Source of the DNA: Paracoccaceae bacterium
GTDB lineage: Bacteria > Pseudomonadota > Alphaproteobacteria > Rhodobacterales > Rhodobacteraceae
DNA length: 64,000 nt
Reading direction: 5' to 3'
Assembly (NCBI GenBank): GCA_046313895.1
Contig: JBKBWK010000013.1
Location: 2,359 to 66,358, forward strand
Position numbers and translations under genes: made by a program. The notes beneath the pieces are model-generated. The model did no database searches. It saw nothing but the letters and a program-made list of their open reading frames with translations, and was not told where the DNA came from. Positions 1 to 8,056 of this stretch are shown here, piece by piece (position 1 is the stretch's first letter; each line of letters opens with the position of its first letter).

Positions 1-876
1 CTGTTTGGCTTCTTCTACAAGGTTGACCTGAAATCTCTGGTCTGGTTCAGCCCCGAGAATTTCGAGGATGCGGGCTACGAAGTGCCCGAGACCATGGAAG
101 ATCTGAAGGCCTTGACCGAAAAGATGGTGGCCGATGGGGTGACACCATGGTGCGTTGGCCTTGGATCGGGCGGGGCGACCGGCTGGCCTGCGACCGACTG
201 GGTCGAAGACATGATGCTGCGTGTCAACACGCCTGCGGATTACGACGCCTGGGTGAAGAACGACTTGAAGTTCAACGACCCGAAAGTTGTGGCGGCCATC
301 GAAGAATTCGGCTGGTTTCTGGAAGACGGCAAAGTGGCTGGCGGCAAGGGCGCCGTTGCAACCACCGACTTCCGCGACAGCCCCAAGGGTCTGTTCTCGT
401 CGCCACCGCAATGCATGATGCACCGTCAGGCGTCGTTCATCCCGGCCTTCTTCCCCGATGGCACGCAGATGGGCGTGGATGCAGACTTCTTCTACTTCCC
501 CGCCTATGCCGGAAAAGATCTTGGCAAACCGGTTCTGGGGGCAGGCACCCTGTTTGGCATCACCAAGGACAGCCCGGCCGCCCGCGCCTTCATCGACTGG
601 CTGAAAGTGCCGGCCGCGCACGAGGTGTGGATGGCACAAAAAGGCTTCCTGACGCCGCACAAGGGCGTGAACGTCGATCTTTACGGCGATGATACGCTCA
701 AGAAAATGGGTGGCATCCTGCTGGGGGCTGACACGTTCCGCTTTGACGGATCGGATCTGATGCCGGGTGGCGTCGGTGCCGGGTCGTTCTGGACCGGAAT
801 GGTGGACTATGCCGGTGGCAAGTCAGCGCAGGACGTGGCTGATGCGATCCAGTCGTCGTGGGACGGCCTGAAGTAA
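1..876 (+). CDS. aglE: Alpha-glucoside ABC transporter substrate-binding protein (5' truncated by window edge)
   Basis: Frame is open from base 1 (LFGFFYKVDLKSLVWFSPENF...). Contains PWCVGLGSGGATGWPATDWVED and FRFDGSDLMP; first gene of an aglEFGAK-order cluster. Confidence 0.88.
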   Translation: MFGFFYKVDLKSLVWFSPENFEDAGYEVPETMEDLKALTEKMVADGVTPWCVGLGSGGATGWPATDWVEDMMLRVNTPADYDAWVKNDLKFNDPKVVAAIEEFGWFLEDGKVAGGKGAVATTDFRDSPKGLFSSPPQCMMHRQASFIPAFFPDGTQMGVDADFFYFPAYAGKDLGKPVLGAGTLFGITKDSPAARAFIDWLKVPAAHEVWMAQKGFLTPHKGVNVDLYGDDTLKKMGGILLGADTFRFDGSDLMPGGVGAGSFWTGMVDYAGGKSAQDVADAIQSSWDGLK

Positions 877-883
877 GCGGATC

Positions 884-924
884 AAACCCCCGGTGGCACC
901 TGATGCAACCGGGGGTTTTCTTTT
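884..924 (+). terminator. Stem-loop with T-tract after the SBP gene (partial terminator or mRNA-stabilising hairpin)
   Basis: AAACCCCCGGT (884-894) pairs with ACCGGGGGTTT (908-918), followed by TCTTTT. Confidence 0.7.
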
Positions 925-1008
925 CGCCCCAAGTGGGCACACTACCAAGACGAGAGCCGGGCAAACCGGTCACAGACGGGGGAACCATCAGGGGGAGGTT
1001 GAGGCGCC

Positions 1009-2016
1009 ATGCATCCGGCACTTCAAGGGTTGATCACCATCATCATCGGCGTGGGCGGTTGCGTCGCCTATTTCTACTTTTCCAACCTGTTTCTGGACAA
1101 GGTTCTGTATCCGCCTTCGGGTCCGAACGCCGGGCGCAACATCAACCGCGCCAACATGATCCGACCTTGGCTGTTCCTGATGCCGGCGCTGATCGCGCTG
1201 TCGGTTTATCTGGCCTATCCGGTGGTCGAGACGCTGCGCCTGTCGTTGACCCAGCGGCTGCCGGGGGGCGGCTATGAATGGGTGGGTTTCGCCAATTACA
1301 CCAAGATGTTTGGCGAGCCGAAGTTCTGGGAAGCCTTGAAAAACAACATGATGTGGCTGATCGTGGTGCCGGCGCTTTCAACCGCTTTTGGGCTGCTGGC
1401 GGCACAGCTGTCGGACCGGATCCGCTGGGGCAATCTGGCCAAGTCATTGATCTTCATGCCGATGGCGATCTCGTTTGTCGGGGCGGCGGTAATCTGGAAG
1501 CTGGTTTATGACACCCGCCCGGTGGATCAGGACCAGATCGGTGTTCTGAACGCGCTGTATCTGTTTTTTGGCGGAACCGAGCCGCAGACCTGGCTGACGA
1601 TCCCGTTCTGGAACAGCTTTTTCCTGATGATCGTTCTGGTCTGGATCCAGACCGGCTTTGCCATGGTGATCCTGTCGGCCGCGCTGCGCGGCGTGCCCGA
1701 AGACACTATCGAGGCCGCGATTGTCGATGGCGCGAACCCGTTCCAGATCTTTTTCAAGATCAAGGTGCCGCAGATCATGGGCACCATTGTTGTGGTCTGG
1801 ACCACCATCACCATCGTCGTGCTCAAGGTTTTCGACATCGTTTTCGCCATGACCAACGGTCAGTGGGAAACCCAGGTGCTGGCCAATTACATGTACGACA
1901 AACTGTTCCGTGCCAATGACTGGGGTGTCGGATCGGCGTCGGCGATGATCATCATGCTGCTGGTGACGCCGATCCTGGTCTGGAACGTTTACAACGCCCG
2001 CAAAGAAATGCGCTGA
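1009..2016 (+). CDS. aglF: Carbohydrate ABC permease
   Basis: Multi-TM protein with EAA loop (IEAAIVDGAN); GGAGG upstream. Confidence 0.88.
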   Translation: MHPALQGLITIIIGVGGCVAYFYFSNLFLDKVLYPPSGPNAGRNINRANMIRPWLFLMPALIALSVYLAYPVVETLRLSLTQRLPGGGYEWVGFANYTKMFGEPKFWEALKNNMMWLIVVPALSTAFGLLAAQLSDRIRWGNLAKSLIFMPMAISFVGAAVIWKLVYDTRPVDQDQIGVLNALYLFFGGTEPQTWLTIPFWNSFFLMIVLVWIQTGFAMVILSAALRGVPEDTIEAAIVDGANPFQIFFKIKVPQIMGTIVVVWTTITIVVLKVFDIVFAMTNGQWETQVLANYMYDKLFRANDWGVGSASAMIIMLLVTPILVWNVYNARKEMR

Positions 2017-2029
2017 GGGAGGCCGGATC

Positions 2030-3172
2030 ATGGACAATGTCGTAGGCAAGAAATCCGGCCTGACCTGGGCGGTGCACATCTCGATGGCGGTGCTGGTGGC
2101 CTTGTGGCTGTTCCCGACCTTGGGATTGTTCGTGTCATCCTTTCGCACGGCCGATCAGATTGCCACCTCGGGCTGGTGGTCGGCGCTGTCAACGCAGGAA
2201 CGCCAGGTTCCCGCCATTCGGGTGGGCGGAACCGAAGTCGAGGTGGACGGGCGTTTTGTGATTGAAGGCCGTCTGTTCACCGCAACCAATGCCGAAGTCA
2301 GCGCATGGGGCACCTCGTCGGTGGCCCCCACCGCATACGGCCCCGGTGACGTGGCCGAACTGGACGACGGTATGACGCTGACGGTCGCCGAGGATGGCGC
2401 CTATGTCCTGTCCAGTCCGCAGACCACCGCCGGAGCACGGTTGCCGCGTATTTTCAGCACCGCCGCCACACCGCCGGAGTTCACCTTGCAGAACTACCGG
2501 TCGATCCTTTTTGAACCCCAGAATGTGGATGGCATGGCCAAGGCGTTCTTCAACACGCTGACGGTGACGATCCCGGCCACGATCATACCGATCCTTGTCG
2601 CGGCTTTCGCGGCTTACGCTCTGGCATGGATGGATTTTCCCGGCCGCGCGCTGTTGATTGCCGCGATTGTCGGTCTGTTGGTGGTGCCGCTGCAACTTGC
2701 GCTGATCCCGCTTTTGAAGCTGCACAACGAGATCGGCATCGGCAAGGGCTATCTGGGAACATGGCTTGCGCATACCGGGTTCGGCCTGCCCTTGGCGATC
2801 TATCTGTTGCGAAACTACATGGTCGGCTTGCCGCGCGATATCATCGAATGTGCAAAGGTTGATGGTGCATCGGATTTCCAGATCTTCACCAAGATCATCC
2901 TGCCGCTGTCGTTTCCGGCGCTCGCCTCTTTTGCGATCTTCCAGTTTCTGTGGACATGGAATGACCTGTTGGTGTCGCTGGTGTTCCTGATCGACTCGAC
3001 GGGCCAAACCACGGTGATGACCAAGCAGATCGTCGAACTTCTGGGCACGCGCGGCGGCAACTGGGAAATTCTGGCCACAGCCGCCTTCATCAGCATCTCT
3101 GTGCCGCTGTTGGTGTTCTTTGCGATGCAGAAATATCTGGTGCGCGGCCTGCTGGCCGGCTCGGTGAAGTGA
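2030..3172 (+). CDS. aglG: Carbohydrate ABC permease with large periplasmic loop
   Basis: EAA-like loop IECAKVDGAS, FLWTWNDLL, C-terminal GLLAGSVK. Confidence 0.88.
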   Translation: MDNVVGKKSGLTWAVHISMAVLVALWLFPTLGLFVSSFRTADQIATSGWWSALSTQERQVPAIRVGGTEVEVDGRFVIEGRLFTATNAEVSAWGTSSVAPTAYGPGDVAELDDGMTLTVAEDGAYVLSSPQTTAGARLPRIFSTAATPPEFTLQNYRSILFEPQNVDGMAKAFFNTLTVTIPATIIPILVAAFAAYALAWMDFPGRALLIAAIVGLLVVPLQLALIPLLKLHNEIGIGKGYLGTWLAHTGFGLPLAIYLLRNYMVGLPRDIIECAKVDGASDFQIFTKIILPLSFPALASFAIFQFLWTWNDLLVSLVFLIDSTGQTTVMTKQIVELLGTRGGNWEILATAAFISISVPLLVFFAMQKYLVRGLLAGSVK

Positions 3173-3179
3173 GAGACGC

Positions 3180-4814
3180 ATGACGAAACTGGAACGCATG
3201 GTGATGGGTGCCGACGCCGAGTGGTGGCGCGGGGCGGTGATCTATCAGATCTATCCCCGCAGCTATCAGGACAGCAATGGCGACGGGATCGGCGATCTGC
3301 GCGGCATAACCGAACGGCTGGACCATATCGCCAGCCTTGGCGCTGATGCGATCTGGATCAGCCCGTTCTTTACCAGCCCGATGAAAGACTTCGGCTATGA
3401 CGTCAGCGATTATTGCGACGTTGATCCGATGTTTGGCACGCTGGCGGACTTTGACGCGCTGATGGCACGGGCTCGCGACCTGGGTCTGAAGGTGATGATC
3501 GACCTTGTGCTTTCGCACACCAGCGATGCCCATCCATGGTTCCGCGAAAGCCGCAAGGACCGGACCAACGCCCGCGCCGATTGGTATGTCTGGGCCGACC
3601 CCAAGGGCGATGGCACACCGCCGAACAACTGGTTGTCGATCTTTGGCGGATCGGCCTGGCACTGGGACAGCCGGCGCGAGCAGTATTATCTGCACAATTT
3701 TCTGACCAGCCAGCCGGACCTGAATTTCCATTGCGACGCGGTGCAGGACGCGTTGCTGGATGTGGTGCGGTTCTGGCTGGAACGCGGGGTGAACGGCTTT
3801 CGGCTGGATACCATCAATTTCTACATTGCCGACAAATACTTGCGCGACAATCCTCCTCTCCCGAAAGCGTTGCGCAACGACACGATTGCGCCCGGGGTGA
3901 ACCCCTACAATCACCAGCTGCATCTGTTTGACAAGAACCAGCCGGAAAACCTTGAATTCCTGAAAAAATTCCGCGCCGTCCTGAACCCCTACAACGCCGC
4001 AGCGGTCGGCGAAGTGGGCGATGCGCAGCGTGGGCTGGAGATCATGGCCGAATACACCAGTGGCGGCGACAAGGTGCAGATGTGCTATCCGTTCGAGATG
4101 CTGCAACCAAAGCGGCTGACGGCCACCTTGCTTGAAGACACCTTCGCGCGCATGAATGCCGTGGCCCCCGATGCGTGGCCGTGCTGGGCCTATTCCAACC
4201 ACGACACCGTGCGCCATATCACGCGTTGGGGACTTCCTGATGCCGCGGCAAGAACATACACGGTTCTTTTGATGTGCCTGCGCGGGTCTTTGTGTCTGTA
4301 TCAGGGTGAAGAACTTGGCCTGCCCGAAGCCGAGATTGCCTTTGACGAACTGCAAGACCCATACGGCATCGAATTCTGGCCTGAATTCAAGGGGCGGGAC
4401 GGCTGTCGCACGCCTATGACATGGGTCGCAGACAACGCCAACGGCGGGTTCACCACGGGAAATCCGTGGTTGCCGGTCAAGGCGTCGCATCTGAACCGCG
4501 CGGTTGCCGCACAACACAGCGATCCGGCTTCGATGTTGAACCACTATCGTCGGGCTCTTGCATTTCGGCGGGCGCATGGCGCCTTGCGCTTTGGCGACAT
4601 GACGGATGTGACGGCTGACGGCGATTTGGTAACGTTCCGCCGCACCGGCGAGGAAGACATATTGTGTGCGTTCAATCTGGGCGCAGACCAGGCACAGACA
4701 CGGCTGCCCAAAGGGACATGGGCCGCCATTGGCGGGGATCTTGGTGCGACAGCGGCCATCGGGGGCGAGGTCACTCTCGGCTCTTGGGGCTTTTGTCTGA
4801 TGCGCAAGGAATAG
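3180..4814 (+). CDS. aglA: GH13 alpha-glucosidase
   Basis: WWRGAVIYQIYPRS, GFRLDTINF (catalytic Asp), VGEV, SNHD, GRDGCRTPM. Confidence 0.92.
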   Translation: MTKLERMVMGADAEWWRGAVIYQIYPRSYQDSNGDGIGDLRGITERLDHIASLGADAIWISPFFTSPMKDFGYDVSDYCDVDPMFGTLADFDALMARARDLGLKVMIDLVLSHTSDAHPWFRESRKDRTNARADWYVWADPKGDGTPPNNWLSIFGGSAWHWDSRREQYYLHNFLTSQPDLNFHCDAVQDALLDVVRFWLERGVNGFRLDTINFYIADKYLRDNPPLPKALRNDTIAPGVNPYNHQLHLFDKNQPENLEFLKKFRAVLNPYNAAAVGEVGDAQRGLEIMAEYTSGGDKVQMCYPFEMLQPKRLTATLLEDTFARMNAVAPDAWPCWAYSNHDTVRHITRWGLPDAAARTYTVLLMCLRGSLCLYQGEELGLPEAEIAFDELQDPYGIEFWPEFKGRDGCRTPMTWVADNANGGFTTGNPWLPVKASHLNRAVAAQHSDPASMLNHYRRALAFRRAHGALRFGDMTDVTADGDLVTFRRTGEEDILCAFNLGADQAQTRLPKGTWAAIGGDLGATAAIGGEVTLGSWGFCLMRKE

Positions 4815-4831
4815 GCGAGGGGAGACCGGAC

Positions 4832-5917
4832 ATGGCCGAATTGAAACTGACAAACGTGGAAAAGGCCTATGGCGAGGTCAAGGTTCTGTCGAACATCAAC
4901 CTCGACATCAAGACAGGAGAGCTGATCGTTTTCGTCGGCCCGTCGGGTTGCGGGAAATCGACGCTGCTGCGGATGATTGCCGGGTTGGAAAAGATCACAG
5001 GTGGCGATTTCACAATCGACGGCGACCGGATGAACGACGTGCCGCCCGCACAGCGCGGGATTGCAATGGTGTTCCAGTCCTACGCGCTCTACCCTCACAT
5101 GACAGTGCGCGACAACATGAGCTTTGCGCTGAAGATTGCCAAGAAATCCCCGGCCGAGATTGATGCCGCTGTCGCAAAGGCGGCAAAGATCCTGCAACTG
5201 GAACCGTTTCTGGACCGGTTGCCCAAGGCGCTGTCGGGCGGGCAGCGTCAGCGGGTGGCGATCGGCCGCAGCATCGTGCGCGACCCCAAGGTGTATTTGT
5301 TCGACGAGCCGCTGTCGAACCTTGATGCCGCGCTGCGGGTGGCAACCCGGCTGGAGATTGCGCAGCTGAAGGAGTCTATGCCCAATTCGACAATGATCTA
5401 TGTAACCCACGATCAGGTCGAGGCGATGACTTTGGCGACCCGCATCGTGGTGCTGGCGGGTGGTGGGATCAGTCAGGTTGGCAGTCCGCTCGACCTTTAC
5501 GAACGGCCACAGAATGAATTTGTCGCACAATTCATCGGCAGCCCCGCGATGAACCTGATGGCGGGTGAGGTAATCGACACCGGCGCACAGACAACGGTAA
5601 AGCTTGCCAATGGCGGGGTGGCGGTGTCGCATGTCCCGACGCTGGCAGCCGACAAGGGCCTGAAGGTCAACATTGGCGTGCGCCCCGAAGATCTGCTGGC
5701 GACAACCGGTGCCCCGATCTTTACCGGCGAGGTCGAGATCACCGAAGCCTTGGGAGAGGTCACACTGCTGTATTTCAAGCGCCAAGGCGGGGATGCGCAG
5801 GTGGTGGCAAAGCTGCCCGGCATCCACAATGACTTGCGCCGCACCAAGGTTGCGCTGGGGGCCGATCCGTCCAAGGTGCATCTGTTCGCAAACGGGCTCA
5901 GCCTGCTGTACCGCTGA
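4832..5917 (+). CDS. aglK: Sugar ABC ATPase (MalK type)
   Basis: Walker A GPSGCGKS, LSGGQRQ, FDEPLSNLD. Start moved to ATG 4832, which follows GGAG. Confidence 0.9.
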   Translation: MAELKLTNVEKAYGEVKVLSNINLDIKTGELIVFVGPSGCGKSTLLRMIAGLEKITGGDFTIDGDRMNDVPPAQRGIAMVFQSYALYPHMTVRDNMSFALKIAKKSPAEIDAAVAKAAKILQLEPFLDRLPKALSGGQRQRVAIGRSIVRDPKVYLFDEPLSNLDAALRVATRLEIAQLKESMPNSTMIYVTHDQVEAMTLATRIVVLAGGGISQVGSPLDLYERPQNEFVAQFIGSPAMNLMAGEVIDTGAQTTVKLANGGVAVSHVPTLAADKGLKVNIGVRPEDLLATTGAPIFTGEVEITEALGEVTLLYFKRQGGDAQVVAKLPGIHNDLRRTKVALGADPSKVHLFANGLSLLYR

Positions 5918-5940
5918 TCCCCAGTCAGCGTGGCGCTGAG

Positions 5941-5969
5941 AGGGCCCCTGCTTCGGCAGGGGCCCTTTT
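5941..5969 (+). terminator. Rho-independent terminator of the agl operon
   Basis: AGGGCCCCTGC-TTCG-GCAGGGGCCC followed by TTTT. Confidence 0.85.
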
Positions 5970-6091
5970 CATGGGATCAACGCCAGCACCGACAGAAAGA
6001 TCAGGCCAATGCCTGAGGCGACAAGCCCCGGAACCCAAAGGGTGATGCGGGACGCAGGGGCGAGGCGGGGTGTGATTTTTTGCTGTTTCAT
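5969..6091 (-). CDS. Putative 40-aa small membrane protein
   Basis: MKQQKITPRLAPASRITLWVPGLVASGIGLIFLSVLALIP: basic N-terminus and one C-terminal hydrophobic helix. Fills the gap between the terminator and the next gene. Confidence 0.45.
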   Translation of the reverse strand: MKQQKITPRLAPASRITLWVPGLVASGIGLIFLSVLALIP

Positions 6092-6136
6092 GATGCTCTT
6101 AAATGCTGATTCAGTTTTTTCTGCGTTAACAGCGTC

Positions 6137-6985
6137 ATGGAATGGATGTGGAACAGTTCGCACGATGATTTTGCGGTGCATGGTGCGTTTCAGCAAAGCG
6201 CGGCCTATGCGGTTGCTGCCCGCGCCTGTGGGGCACGGGTGGATGTGGCGGCGTTGCGCGATGGCGGTCAATGGCTGGGCCGGGTACAGATGATGCGGCG
6301 CATGGGGACGGCTGTGGCCTTGCGCGGCCCGGTCTGGTCGCCTGATCTTGATGCCCGCAGCCGAAAGGTCGCGCTGCGCAGGCTGGCGCGTCAGGGCGCT
6401 GCGCTGATCGTCTTGCCCGAGGTGCGGGTGCAGGGTCTGGGTATCGTCCCGCTGATGACACCGCGCCATGTGGCGCTGTGGGATCTGCGGCCCGACCCGC
6501 AACAGTTGCGCGCGGGGCTGGCGGGCAAGTGGCGCAATGCCCTTTCGGCCGCCGAGCGGCGTCAGCTGCGGGTGGCGGTCGCTCCCAAGCGGCACCTTCC
6601 CGCGCTGATCAAGGCCGAGGCCGGCCAACGTGGCCTACGGGGCTATCGTGCCTTGTCCGGCGCTTTTACCGCGCATCTGCCCACCGATTCGCTGCGGATC
6701 TGGCAATGGCAGCGTGGCGGCCACTGCCATGCCGCGATGTGCTTTGTCCGGCATGGGGATTGGGCCACCTATCATCTGGGCCATGCCGATCTTCTGGCGC
6801 GCGAATCCGGGGCGCATCGGGTGATGCTGTGGCAGGCCGCTCTGGCATTGCGGGCCGAAGGGGTGTCAACGCTGGATCTGGGCGATATCAACACCGAAGA
6901 TACGCCCGGCCTTGCGCGGTTCAAGCTGGGCACCGGGGCTGCGCTGCACCAGCTGGGGGCGACAGCGCTGGTCCTGCCGGGCTAG
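6137..6985 (+). CDS. FemAB/FemX-like GNAT-fold transferase
   Basis: FQQSAAY, RGPVW, KWRNAL and C-terminal LDLGD...GLARFKLGTG resemble Fem-family motifs. Confidence 0.7.
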   Translation: MEWMWNSSHDDFAVHGAFQQSAAYAVAARACGARVDVAALRDGGQWLGRVQMMRRMGTAVALRGPVWSPDLDARSRKVALRRLARQGAALIVLPEVRVQGLGIVPLMTPRHVALWDLRPDPQQLRAGLAGKWRNALSAAERRQLRVAVAPKRHLPALIKAEAGQRGLRGYRALSGAFTAHLPTDSLRIWQWQRGGHCHAAMCFVRHGDWATYHLGHADLLARESGAHRVMLWQAALALRAEGVSTLDLGDINTEDTPGLARFKLGTGAALHQLGATALVLPG

Positions 6986-7060
6986 CCCACATGCGGCACC
7001 GCCACGCTTGCATCCTTGGGTCGGATACGCTTTGACGGGTGTGCCGCAGGAGTGTTCGCC

Positions 7061-8056
7061 ATGACTATTGATCCCCGCCGTTCCCGACCCAAAGCTTTTC
7101 CCCCGCCAGAATTTCCGCCACGCAAAGTGCCGATGTTCGCCCGGATGCCACCGGCGGTGTTTCCGTCGGTTCTGGGTCTTTTGGGGCTGTCACTGGCGTT
7201 GAAGCGGGCCTCGATTGTCGCCGAGGTGCCCGAAGGGCTGGCCGATCTGGTGATGGGTGTGGTTGCGGCGCTGTGGCTGTTCTGCCTGCTGGCTTATGGG
7301 GCAAAGCTGGTCCGTCGCCCCGCTGTGGTGATGGAGGATCTGCGGATTCTGCCGGGTCGCGCGGGACTTGCAGCGGCTACGGTTGGCAGTCTGTCCGTGG
7401 CCGCTGTTTTGGGGTTTTTCAATGCACCCGCCGCGCAGGTCATGCTGGTGCTGGGTTTGATGTTGCAGATTGTTATGGCGGGTCTGATGGTAAGCAGTCT
7501 GATGGCGTCGCCGCCCGAGGGCCGCGATGTGACCCCGGTCTGGCATTTGTCCTTTGTCGGCTTCATCGTCGGGGCATTGGCCGCGATCCCTGTGGGATGG
7601 ACCGAAGTGGCGACGGTCATCTTGTGGGCGACTTTGCCGGTGGCTCTGGGAATCTGGGGGATCAGCCTGTGGCAGTTGATCCGGCGGATCCCACCTGCAC
7701 CGCTGCGCCCTTTGCTGGCGATCCACCTTGCCCCGGCCAGCCTGTTCGCCTCGGTCGCAGGGCTTTTGGGTATGCCGATGCTGGCAACAGGGATGGTCGC
7801 CTTGGCCGCGGTGATTGCCATAGCGCTGCTGGTGTCGGCGCGCTGGATCACCCAAGCGGGCTTTTCGCCGCTGTGGGGGGCTTTCACCTTTCCGTTGGCG
7901 ATGTTTGCCTCGGCGCTGATGATCAACGGCTGGGTGATGGGCGGAGTTTTGGTGACGGTGTTGGCACTGGGGGCCATCCCGGCGATTGCGTGGAATGTGC
8001 TGAAAATGTGGCCTGGTGGCAAGCTGGCAGCAAAGACCAATGCCGCCGAGGCCTGA
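7061..8056 (+). CDS. TehA/SLAC1-family anion channel (tellurite-resistance type)
   Basis: About 10 hydrophobic segments; TPVWHLSFVG, LAIHLAPAS, WGAFTFP. GGAG RBS before ATG 7061. Confidence 0.78.
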   Translation: MTIDPRRSRPKAFPPPEFPPRKVPMFARMPPAVFPSVLGLLGLSLALKRASIVAEVPEGLADLVMGVVAALWLFCLLAYGAKLVRRPAVVMEDLRILPGRAGLAAATVGSLSVAAVLGFFNAPAAQVMLVLGLMLQIVMAGLMVSSLMASPPEGRDVTPVWHLSFVGFIVGALAAIPVGWTEVATVILWATLPVALGIWGISLWQLIRRIPPAPLRPLLAIHLAPASLFASVAGLLGMPMLATGMVALAAVIAIALLVSARWITQAGFSPLWGAFTFPLAMFASALMINGWVMGGVLVTVLALGAIPAIAWNVLKMWPGGKLAAKTNAAEA

